Source: Phoronis australis (Eukaryota > Animalia > Phoronida). From it: a DNA stretch of 64,000 nucleotides. Below are positions 29,601 to 40,500 of this stretch, piece by piece (within the stretch, counting starts at the first letter, position 1; every line of letters begins with the position of its first letter). A program made the translations under genes and the position numbers. The stretch spans positions 124,001 to 188,000 of the forward strand of contig NMRA01000515.1 in NCBI GenBank assembly GCA_002633005.1. The letters are read 5' to 3'. A model generated the notes under the pieces. That model was not told where the DNA came from. It searched no databases and saw only the letters and a program-made list of their open reading frames with translations.

Positions 29601-32600
29601 TAAATAATCATGTAATGCACAGTAATGGTCTCCCAAATCCAAAAATATGGTTTTGAAAAATGCCAATTGCCCATGACTGCAATGCAAACGGTGAGCTTCT
29701 AGGCGTATTTATTATTACCATGAAAATGGCGGCCATTAGATGGCTCAGAATGTGTTGAATGCGTCCGAAAATGGAAAGGTTCTGTCGTCTCCCAAACAGA
29801 AAGCTATTTTGTTAAATTTCATGAAAATCTTGGGCTACGAAGACAACTTGCCATCTGTTGTTCAGTTAATAGGAAAGCTTCCAAAAGATGTTGCAAAGGG
29901 GCTTAGGAGATACAACCGAAGATGCATCAAACGTCGCTAGAGTAGGGTGGCACTGAATCGTCAAAGCGATGAAAAAGTGCTAAATTTCATGAAAATTAAT
30001 CAATTGAAAGAACTTTGAAAAGTACAGAGGCAACCATGAAAAACTAAAATTGCCAAGAGGCAGCACAGCGGTAGTCGATCAGTCTGAAATTGGTGGTCAT
30101 CTGTCATCAGCTTCATAGGAACATATAAAATCCTGCATGTGTTTAGGATATACAACAGTGGATGCCCAGACAGAGATGACGGCAATATGCACACACTTAT
30201 AAATATTTGAGCACATTAAAAAGGAGAAGTCTGCAGTAACAGCAATAGACCAGCCTTAGGCCACCAAAAACAACTAGTGAATCACCACTTTCTACTATAT
30301 GATTGACCTCAAGCTTACACAGATGAGCAGTGATTTTCAGGCTGTAGAAAAAGCTAACAATTTAGTAATACTTGATACCATGCCGCCAGGAGTCATCTTT
30401 AAAGTGCTATACACACGCTGACTTACCCTAGAACATGTTAATCCTGGAACAAGTTGTCGCTTGGTTTGAGTGCTGACTGGATGCTATTTAAACTTTGTCT
30501 AGCACAATTAACCCCACTATTGACAACTTACTTCACATTATCATGGTCGGGTAACTTGTTCTAGGGTATCTTAGCCACTTCTAATTCCTGTGTGGTTGCA
30601 AACCTGGGGCAAGGCAGAAATAATTATCAGGTACCGTTACATATAGACTGGTTTTCTTTAGCGCGCTGTCCTCGCATTAGGTGTTCATTGTCACGGACAG
30701 AGTGACAACTTCTGCCTTACCCTGGTTATTGGATATATGCGTGTGTGTGCGTGCGTGCGTGTGGACACTTCACTTGTTCAAGGGTAGGCTGTGTGTGGAT
30801 GGGACTTTAGTAAGTACCAGTTCCATAGCAACAAGTTGTCAAAATAAACAGTTAGTTTTTGACAGTTGGCAGAAGTAGTCGCTTTATTATGCACCCACAT
30901 ATTTATATGTGGACGCATTATGCCGTCATCTCCGTCCGTCCGGGCGTCCGTCTGGCTTCCGGCGTCTGCTGCTCTATCTCCAAAACCCTTTGACATACGT
31001 TCATGAAATTTGGCACATATGTTCCACTCATGAATGGGACGGCATGAGCGAACTATCGGACGGATCAGACTACCGGTGTGCCCCCTAGTGGCAATTTTAG
31101 TTTTTTACGCTTACCTTTGTATCTTCAAATGTCCTGAACGGATTTTCGTGAAATTTGGTATGTAGGCACCTATTTGTGAGATAACGCTATCCTCCCGTCT
31201 TCAGATGAATTCAACATAGTTTGCGCCACCTAGTGGCCATTTTTAGTGTTTTCGAGTCTGTTTTTGTGCGTCCACCCCTCTATCAACCAAACCGCTCAAA
31301 GGATGATTGTTAAAATTGGCATGTATGTGCTTACTCTAAAGAAGACAGCTGACAATGATTTTCAGACGATTTGGACTACTGTGGCGCCTCCTAGTGGCAG
31401 TTTTGTTTTTTTTGCGCCTATGGCTGTATCTCCTAAACCATTTGCAGGATCTTAACGAAATTTAATAAGTATATTTACACGATGTTAACAACAGACGATG
31501 ACGACTTTTGGACCGATCCGCCTACCAGTGTGCCCCCTAGTGGCAATTTAATTTTTTTACGTTTACCTCTGTATCTTCACAAGTCCTTAACGGATTTTCA
31601 TGAAATTTGGTATGTAGGCACCTATTAGCGCGGTGGTGCTATCCTCTTGTCTTCGGATGGGTTCGATCTAGTTTGCGACACCCAGTGGCCATTTTTACTG
31701 TTTTTGAGTCTGTTTTTTGGCGTCCACCCCTCTATCAACCAAACCGCTCTAAGTATGATTGTGAAAATTGGCATGTATGTTCTTACTATGAAGAGGACGG
31801 TTGACGCTGAATTTCCCATGACTTTGATTACTGTGGCGCCTCCTAGTGGCAGTTTTTTTTGCGCCCATGGCTGTATCTCCCAAACCGTTTGCAGGATCTT
31901 TACTAAATTTAGCAAGTGTATTTATGTGCTGTTGACAACGGACGATGACGACTTTAGGATGATTCTGACTACCGGTATGCCTCTAGTGGCAATTTAAGTA
32001 TTTTACATTGACCTCTGTATTTTCACAGGTCTTCAGGTGTATACTTTGTGTTACTTCGTGACTATGAAGGAAAAGTTCCAAGTAGAAATTTGTTTCTGGC
32101 ATTCTAATGCTGTGCTAATCTCGTATGTTGATAAATTTGTTTTTTAATTCTATGTTTCTGTGGTGCTTTAAGCAACTGATGTATAGGATGTGCTTGTATT
32201 ATGAAGATCACTCATATTTTGCCCCTAGCCTATTGAGGAGACAATGACCATGCCTTTCCATTTTGCAAAGTACAGCATACTACATATATGCCCTCTACTG
32301 GCCACTTTATGGTACCAATAAACAACCCTAGAAGGATACCGTATACGGTGCAATTGTGGGCGCATTTCAATGCTCCTCGTCGCTGTTGTATGTTGAGCAA
32401 ACATCTTTCTGTCTCTGAAGTTGAGAAAAACCACAGCCAGCCAGTGTGTTATATGCACTAATAATATGACTTCACTACAGGGGTTGGAAGCCAACTCTCA
32501 CAATGCACTGCAAACACTGTTATTATTATGTAGGAAGACCCTACTGTAGTGTAGCGTTATAAGGATACACAGAACCTGAACTCTGACCACATTCACAAAA

Positions 32601-35600
32601 TCTTACCATAGGCAATTTCTGAACACGTGACCAAAATTTTTGATCACTTGCTTTAAAAATTTTCTTTGGAAAGAGTGTCCGAGTTCAGGTTCTGTGGCAA
32701 GGTTTGTGTGTGTTCAAGAGTGTTCGTGGAGTTTGGCAAGGGTGCACGACCCTGGTAAGAGTTGGTTACCAATCCCTGAGTATTTTAAACTAAGACGTAC
32801 AACATTTGAGACGTTAAGCATGTGCATGGAAGAGGCAAAACCAAGAGTTCAGCAGGAATGCACAGTTTGCAGTGTTGTCATCCCAGTGGTGACTATGAGA
32901 CACTACATGAAATTTAGTAATCCCAAGTTGCTTCAATATAATATGAAATTTACAACATTTGAACCTAAAGGCATTAATCATGTAGACCAAATCTTGTAAA
33001 TATACATAATAAACAGATCTATGTATTCTTTTTATTGACATGTTTTTAAACAATTATGTTACCTAAACATAAAAAGCATTTTTTTTATAACAAAAGCCAT
33101 TTTAGACCCATTTGAACTTGAATTTTGTCTCTGGAGACATGACAAAAGGCAATTTCTTTAGGAAAAAATGTATTGATACTACATTTCGCACCATTTCACT
33201 GGCTAAAACATACAAATCGAATGATGCCTTTTGCTATGAATTATAAAATGGTCGCATGATATTCCTTGTCATTCCCATTACCAACTCAAGTCACAGTGCC
33301 ATTTTGGAATTTGCAATTTCAATGTGAGTTTTTTTAAGACAATGATAATATCGATGTTCTAGTTTTGGTTTGTAACGGAAATGGAATCCTAATACGACAA
33401 AGAATACTATGAGACTGATTTTATGAGAGTAAAAAGGCCTTACTTGATTTTTGTAAGCCTGAGGGTGAAATGCAACTTTAACTGACTAATTTCAAAATTA
33501 TCATCACCAGCAAATTAAGGCCTTATTCTATTGGTTTAAAGGGCAGAAATTTGAAATGTTTATTTGGACAAGAAACAAAATGTCAACAACTAAAGCTTAC
33601 TCCCCTCGTTACAACTGCTGTTTCCTCTTTTATTTTCTTTAGTTTCAGCCAACAACAATTTTCAAATCCAGATATCAAATGAATCTCGCCATATATAAGC
33701 ATTCATGCAGACTTTTGTCATCAGGACTCCTGTACAAATTATCTACCATGCTGAATATATTAACCAAGACGAACAAGTCTATTCTCATTGATAGAATTAC
33801 TGGTCTGCAAGTGAATTAAATTTACATCCTTTTCATTACTTTTTGTAGTATTTTTTCGCACTTTAACCCAATGTTTCACAAGCAATTTAATTCTATAAGC
33901 CAAACAATAGTTGCTACTTGCTAGACCCGAGTTTGGTGACTAAAATTCAAATAACAAGTCTCAATTTTGGGTAGATTGTACATCAAAATGAATCAATTTA
34001 CATTAAGTGAAGAGTAACGGTAGATAAACTGATTTCATTAAAATTTGGGTACCAACATCCAAATAATCTATACCTAGTGCCCTAAAGGGAAGTTATGAGG
34101 AGACACAGAATTTTAAATAATGGTGGCTTCTATTTGCGTATTCACTGATATTACTTACCATAGCTATAGTGTGTAATGTAATAAATGCATAATCTGTATA
34201 CTATATTTTGATATTCATCAGGCAACGCATATCAAACCAGGCTTGGATCCAGATGTCAGTGTAGGGGATCCAGACCCCTACTATTCAATCACTTTCACTT
34301 CGTTGGAAAAGAGAAGTCACAGTCACTCTATTTGTCCGACACCCCTGGACAAAATCCTGAATTCAAAAGCTGTTGGCTTACAGGAGGTCTATGACATCCC
34401 TGGGTACTACATATGGAAGAGGTCTCCGAGAAGTACTGGACCTGCAGCTTGCCAATGAATGGGTGTCTTATCTGACGAAATTTATCCATACCCATGAAAT
34501 GGAGTCTTTCTGACATAATTCCCTACACAAGTATGGATTTCCAATTTCATTTCCAGCAAAAGGGTTCAATTTGAAAGTTGGATAGTCAGAAACCATTACT
34601 TTTTCTAGCAACACCAGATACCAAATAAATCTAGTTCATTGATGAGCATTCCTGTGCTCTTTAAAGTCTGGCATCAGGAAAGATTTACTAAAACCATTAA
34701 CGGAAAGCAGAGAACCGGACACATCTACTTTGGCTAATTTTTATTGTATTTCTTCCCATAAAAATGATCCTAGCAATTTCAAAAGCCAACAGTTTGAAAA
34801 ATCACCTTTTAAGTACATCAATATCAATTTATTTTAGTATTTTTTTGCTGTAAAGCTATCACTAATGTGGTAATGATCTACTTCAATTGAACAGCAGGAT
34901 CTTGGATTACGGTACAAAATCCATAAAAAACAGACTCTTACAAAAACGGGAAGTGCACAAATCTCTAATGCAGGCTAAACAGGTTAAAAATAAAAATCAG
35001 TTGGTAAAGTAGGTAACACGTAGCCCCTCAGTTGATTGGTTACTGGGGCTATACAGGACTCCCCATACGTCTCTGTGACAATTTCATCTTGTGTATTTTA
35101 AACGGGCGGGAGCTAGGCCAAATCCGTTTGACAAAAATAGATTTTACAGACATAAAATTGTTTTAAAGAAGCGCTTACTTTCTTCAGCCATTGTTTCTGG
35201 TTCTCTTCATATGAACAATGCATCTACGAGAATTAACAAAGCTTTGGCAAAGAACTCCAACTCCATTTTTGATCACGGTTAACTTTTTTTAACTGTATAC
35301 GATAATCACAAAGTATTTCAATTTGCTTCACAGGATTTAAGCCATAAAAAGTGCACCCCATGTGCTGGTGGCTGACGTACACTTGCAAAAAGTGGCATCT
35401 GAAGATGTCCACATGGATTTGTGTCCCTTTCACTTTTTGTTTGTGAACTGGCATGATTTCACGAAACTTACTCAAAATGGCACCCTGTGAAGGTAAGCTC
35501 AAGTGAACCTCGACAGATTTTCATGTATAATGTTCAAATTATGTTGAATAAATTGTCTCCAATCATGTTATGTGTTAATTATAACTCACTGCGTATATAT

Positions 35601-36678
35601 GCGTTTTTCATTCCTGTCCATATGTTCTCTGTAGCATTTTGAAATGTATATAACTTTTAGGCACATCTTTCAGGAACATAACCTTACCAAAGGGTGACTT
35701 CTTCATGGAAGATCCCAACAAATGGGCTCCTTTTTCCAAGTCCACCCTTAAACTGGGTGCTTTATGCTAATTTTCTAGTGGCATTAGTCACTTACAGGGG
35801 TCCTGAATTTTGTGAACTAGTTTGATGCCTATTGCTCAGAGCACAAAACTGGTTCTCAGAATGCAAGACCCTTTGATGTGACCATCACCTTTCCAGCTGC
35901 ACAAACCCCGCTTCCCATCAAAATAGTTCAATAGCCTACTACAGCACTGAAAAAGTGGGGCTGTAGGCCCCCCCCCCTCCTCCCCCCATGTGCTGCACCG
36001 CCCATGTATAATTAGTATGGCCCCAAAGGGAGTCTGTTGTGTATTGACAGCACTGCAGGTGGTTTTCATTACAGTCCCTTCTCGTATAATTAGTTCTCCA
36101 AATGAATACCCATATGTATTTTATATTTTACTTCTCATCTCTATTGTTAATTGTTTTACTCCTTCTACGAACACAACAGAGGCATCCGCATCGTCTAAAC
36201 TTCACAGTCAGAAAATACATTTCATGACAAAACCTGCGTTCAAAGTATGCACAGGCAAATAATGGTCACTGAATTCTAGTAAACACCCTTCGATCGAAGT
36301 TACGGCCAAGGCAAATGACGCACTTTTAGTTTTACTAGATCATTCTAAGCCTAAGCCCTAAGAAAACTTCTGAATTGCTAATTAATAACTCAATCGGCCA
36401 AGCCACGTAAGACGCGTGAGTGAAGTTCTCTAGTTTTAGGTTTCGTCTCAAATTCCTATATACCTTCTTCATAACTTACTCAGAATGCGCAACTGAAAAA
36501 GCACAAGCATGGCCAGAACTAGGTGAGAAGCACAGCGTGAGAGATGCCGCTGCCATGATTGCTGGGAACAGAAGCAGGTAGATTCGCACCCTGAAGAGTC
36601 GCTACTCACTGTTTCTTGAATTAGTAACTTGTTTGGAGCTCGGCGTCTCATTCCTACCTTTTCCATTGCCACGTCCAT
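20303..36678 (-). CDS. about 10-exon gene, about 520 aa: hydrophobic segment + divergent STING-like (TMEM173-like) domain + death domain + acidic tail
   Basis: Minus-strand exons 36678-36480, 33458-33444 (15-nt microexon, tentative), 32414-32281, 29475-29317, 28581-28489, 28053-27796, 24547-24377, 24063-23910, 22908-22859, 20632-20303. All GT-AG and phase-compatible, 1563 nt. By-eye matches to human STING: GILLGLFIGTIK~GLAWSYYIGYLR; KLYINYLMETTKLLEKLNKIDKNL~[48 protein letters not shown]~[24 protein letters not shown]. Death-domain pattern in 24547-23910. Confidence 0.72.
20879..21815. mobile_element. non-autonomous TIR element in the last intron of the minus-strand gene
   Basis: about 38-bp inverted repeats AAGTCTGCAGAGTGAGGGTTTTTATA.TGTTTTGCACTA. 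Confidence 0.55.
21881..22026. repeat. 12-bp tandem repeat, about 12 copies
   Basis: unit TATGGTCCTACA. Confidence 0.95.
22603..22764. repeat. palindromic hairpin element
   Basis: GGAAAGTCACCT...TTTTTGAAGCCA and TGGCTTCAAAAA...AGGTGACTTTCC. Confidence 0.6.
22859..22908 (-). CDS. linker exon (VPKRRGMGKAQSLDDHK)
   Basis: ttccag acceptor, GTTGGA donor; its phase 1 to 0 is needed to join the flanking exons in frame. Confidence 0.6.
23910..24063 (-). CDS. exon, death domain C-half (SPSKAIVLDM...EVILILEQMDRIDII)
   Basis: ttttag acceptor, GTACGT donor; SP-helix and LxxLxxMxRxD death-fold patterns. Confidence 0.82.
24377..24547 (-). CDS. exon, death domain N-half (RDYLIRGLE...GKNHLSFARKLNYSQNDV)
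   Basis: tcgcag acceptor, GTAAGT donor. Confidence 0.8.
24842..26626. repeat. near-identical tandem duplication of about 0.8 kb joined at an N (25652), with internal 69-bp repeats
   Basis: 24842-25651 matches 25653-26626. Confidence 0.85.
26811..26966. repeat. palindromic hairpin element
   Basis: TAGATGAATTAATATCCCACTT and AAGTGGGACGTTAGTTCATCTA inverted arms. Confidence 0.6.
27796..28053 (-). CDS. exon, STING-like C-terminal part (AGLSE...KCARVEFFKE...GDCLFRL)
   Basis: ctccag acceptor, GTAGAT donor, phase 0-0. Confidence 0.78.
28489..28581 (-). CDS. exon, STING-like ([23 protein letters not shown])
   Basis: ttgcag acceptor, GTAAAT donor, phase 0-0. Confidence 0.78.
29317..29475 (-). CDS. 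exon, STING-like (NDKLYINYLMETTKLLEKL)
   Basis: ttttag acceptor, GTAAGC donor, phase 0-0. Confidence 0.75.
30883..32030 (+). mobile_element. HINE/DINE-1-like (Helentron-associated) element
   Basis: 5' stem-loop CCACATATTTATATGTGG, (GTCC)n microsatellite, central repeats with about 450-bp period built from CCTAGTGGCA subunits; relatives at about 2900-3430, 16480-17060, 29700-30220 and 48860-49240. Confidence 0.6.
32281..32414 (-). CDS. exon, STING-like dimerisation helix (TVYGILLGLFIGTIKWP)
   Basis: ttcag acceptor after a pyrimidine tract, GTATGC donor, phase 1 to 0. Confidence 0.65.
36480..36678 (-). CDS. exon 1 of STING-like/death-domain gene, with hydrophobic segment HLVLAMLVLFQLRIL
   Basis: ATG at 36678, donor a|GTAAGT, phase 1. 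Confidence 0.65.
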
Positions 36679-37430
36679 CTTAATAAAGACAACTAAACCA
36701 ATGCTGCTAGTGGGAATTTCCCAATCGCGATTTTCCCGTCTCTATTCAATGACGTCCGGTCTCTCTCTCTTCAAATGACCTATTATTTTGTTCGATCAGC
36801 AAGTCACGTGCTCGGGCCGGAAAACTCAAGTTGGGGGAAAACCATCGTCATCGTATAACACCTGGCTTTGTATATTTATCACGGTTATTGCGCGGGTTTG
36901 ACTCATTAGATTTCAAAGAATTCCCTTAATAACTCGTGAGCTATGTTTTCACTTCTTTGCGATGTGTTTACTCAGAACTTGCACTTTGACCTCGTTTACT
37001 TCCTTGTAGTTGTATATCACATGTCGAGGATATCGGCCGGGGCTTACGGGACCGATTGCTGTACAGTCGAAGCTGTGCGCAAGAAGACGATAGCCGTGCT
37101 TTTTATAATATAACTCTTGAGTTAAAGGTTGAATTATTTAAAACAATCATCGATGACTAAGGAGTGTCTATTATACCATAAACCCAGTACATTCTCACTG
37201 TCTATGATCCAGTTGTTTTAAAAACATGCTAAGGGACCGTCAAATACACCCTGCAGTGCAGGATGTGCCGTTGCCGTTGCAGGCTGCACCCAAATAAACC
37301 GCAACGTCACCATTCGTTGTTGCTTTTGGGTGTGTCTGATTACTTCTGCACTGAGTCAGACTTGTTAGTCGGATCTCTGCTGTGGCTATCAAGTAATAAA
37401 ATACTGAATGGTTTCAGTTTCAGTTTGGCT
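36679..37430. promoter_or_regulatory. putative bidirectional promoter/5' region with kB, CRE, E-box and ISRE-like motifs
   Basis: Between divergent ATGs and CpG-enriched. GGGAATTTCCC 36712-36722, TGACGTC 36750-36756, CACGTG near 36805, GGGGAAAACC 36834-36843, GTTTCAGTTTCAGTTT 37411-37426. Confidence 0.55.
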
Positions 37431-37595
37431 ATGATGACTTCAACAGAACAGGTTCAGCTGGCTGCTTCCTTGGATCTTCTGCGAGCAGAGACTACCAATC
37501 GACACCTATGCTTGTTCCTTGGCGAGCAGCTGTCAGCAACACCACAGAAAGATTTGAAAGGACTCATAGATCTTCTTAGAACCACGCCAACCACG
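37431..37595 (+). CDS. coding exon 1, start of SIR2-like domain (HLCLFLGEQLS)
   Basis: ATG at 37431, donor GTATGA at 37596; resembles the SIR2_2 LxLFxGAGxS motif. Confidence 0.7.
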
Positions 37596-40500
37596 GTATG
37601 ATTAGTGGAAACTGTTTCATTTTCAGATTGATTTAATAGTTCTTGGCCAAGGTATTATTAAAATCTGCTAGTTCCAATTTGTTGGCTTATAATCTTCTTA
37701 TTTGAAGCATCACCTAGAAAGAAGCTAAATGTTTTTCACAATTAGAATATGATTATGTAAAATGGAAACCCTATACTAGTCTGTGGCATGATCTTATTGT
37801 GGAACAACATTGTTAATAGATCCAACAAGACCTTCTGTTAGAATTGATGTGTACCACAAGACCTTCAATGCTGTTGAAAAAGTTATTCTAATGCACTAAA
37901 AAACTTTAGCATGCATGTGGCCGACATATCACATACAGAAACTGTGGTATGCTGTAGTATTCAGAGAGTAATGCTGAGACCTAAAATAGAGAAAAACAAG
38001 TTAATAGCATACAATTTATCTGATTTTATGATTGAAATATTTGAAATTAAATTGTCTGAAATATTTCTAATTGTCATAACTCTAGAATTTTTCTTGTAGA
38101 AATTTTTATACAGAATTCTGAAGATTTTCCCTATTATATAGGATAGTATAGGAGTAAATCCTATTAATGTAGGTATCTTATAGGAAAAAGTCCTGTAGAA
38201 TTTTCTACAGGATCTCCTGCTGAAGGTCCATACTATGTTAAGTTCTGCACACAATGAGCAGGCTAACTGGCTGCAAACTGCATGGTACAAATTAGTCTGT
38301 ATGTGAATGTCGGGTAAATGCAGCCTGTGTCAGAGAAATGACATTGGTTTATTTGAAATTCATTTTTGCACAGAAAAATAGATTAAAGTCAATTGTCATT
38401 GCTATATCCAGTTGCCCATCATATTCATAATGTGGGTGCTAATTGTTGTCATCTCTGTGTGAATGTCATACTTTATTCTTGTATTATAGTTCATTATAAA
38501 ATTATTGAAAATTGTATTTTGTGCTATGCTTCCATTGGCATTACAGGAGTTGGTTGATTTCATTGATCACCTAGAGGCTGAGAGTGGAGAGAGTGCTTAT
38601 CACATACACCATGTTCTACGAAGCATTGGTTGCTTCCCTGTGATTCTGACTGTTTGTGTAGACCAGTTTATTGAACATTATCTCATCAGAGACAAGCATA
38701 AGGTGGACAAAATCAGACTGGATTATCTCACAGTGAGTATAGTAGATACAAATAACACATGGTGGTAGGTTGTGTGTGCAAGACCTGCATGGTTGTTTGT
38801 TTATCAGAAACGAAACGAAACAGAAACTTGTAACTGTCATTTCCTACAATACAGGTGTCATTTGGAATTGAATTTGAACTCTGCTTAATAAATGTCTCAT
38901 TTCCACATATTATCCACTGTTTTGGCTACAGTCAGTAATTTATCATGTTTATCTATGTTTATGAAATGTCAAACTTGATTTACAATGAAGTGTCTAACGT
39001 CAGCTGATTACACAGAGTGCAGTTTGTGTTGTTTTCCATGTGTTGTGTGCTACCCAGTCATTGGTGTTGCTTTTGATCTATGCAACCTTCTAACTCACCT
39101 GTTTTGACTGCACTGTTTTTAATTGCCCTAAGGGTAATTATATTTCCTCTCACCACCTAAAATGTAGAATATAAACCAGACCCACTTGGACAACCACAAA
39201 AATATGTCTCAAACCTTTTCATTTCACTGCCACCAACACTCATATGTTCAGAGCAGTTGCAAACATTTATGGTTACAGGAGAATGCCAGTACTGCTATGC
39301 ATAGGGTGCATCACATTGACTTCAAATTTAAAAATAAGAAATTAGGTGTACCTTTGAATAATAAAGAAAAGTCCTCCAAGTTGTGTAGCAGTTATTTTCA
39401 ATTCACAAAAACAAATAAATACCGTATTCGCCCTAATAAGTGCCCAGGACGCTTAGAAAAATTCGCTTCAGGAAGGGGCCGCTTATTATAGCCCAAAAGT
39501 GGTTGAAACCTAGTCTCTAAAACGGGTGAAATAGTAAGCTAAACTTCATCAAATTTATGCTCTGTGACGCATCTGTAACCTATGAAAAGTTTCTACAAAA
39601 TTGCAGAGTGCATTTTTATCAAACTTTGTTGTTAAATTATGAGCATTTTTCAGAAATCCAGTGAAACTCGCCGACTGATGCATCGCTGCCTCGTGATCGC
39701 CGATAGGTCAACTTGAATTCTGGAGTAAAAATATAGTTTCAACTCCACAAATTACCTGAAGTCCTCCTTAAGTTTTCAAAATAGCATCCCTAAGTTTTTT
39801 AATTTCCTGTGCAGTCAGGATTAACTGCAAATTAAGTCCAAATCTGTGCTAGATCGTACCCTGCGACACAAGAAAAATCTCTGGACAAACACACATGTTG
39901 TGTGAGTGAGCGAGCGTGTACGTGTCATCAGAGTTCATTTGCCAGAGTAAACGCGAACGATCTAGGTGTGCATTGTAACTCAGGAAATTAACACATGCGG
40001 TAAAGCAGAACGTGTTTTGTTTAGCACTTGTTGATCTCATCTGCTAAAAAATGTTCGAGAATTGTCTCGGTAAGGCCGATGTCATTGAGTCACCGGGTGA
40101 CTGGATGCGTGACGGTCTAATAGTTATTTTTCGGGAGATTCGGGGGGTGTAAGGGTGTGGAAGTGTTCACTCTCAGTGGGTCATTTTGACTTTAAAAACA
40201 CCAATTACGACTAATTTAATAATTCCCCCTTAAAAATAACGGAAACGTTTTTTACGATATTAGAAACTTTCGGAAATAAGTGCCAGAATTTATTTCTTAC
40301 TGATGCTATGCTACCCGTTTCATGAATAGATAGTTCCTGACAGGTACTTGAATGTAGCGCGCGCTTCCTCGACACGTGCTTTTAACTGAACAATGATCAA
40401 GTTTTTATTAGTCTTCAATTCGTGGTTTTCACATGTAGGAAGAAATTGGGATTCCTGTTGAGGGAGATCTGTACAGGAAAGATACAATACAATTCCCTTA

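Noticed and set aside
27796-32414. ZU5-UPA-death domain (UNC5/PIDD-like) interpretation
   Set aside because: Only one short motif fits and no ZU5 was found, whereas several collinear blocks fit STING. Not excluded without a profile search.
35179-35223. Minus-strand mini-exon MHCSYEENQKQWLKK
   Set aside because: Open only in phase 0-0, which is incompatible with the phase-1 introns on either side.
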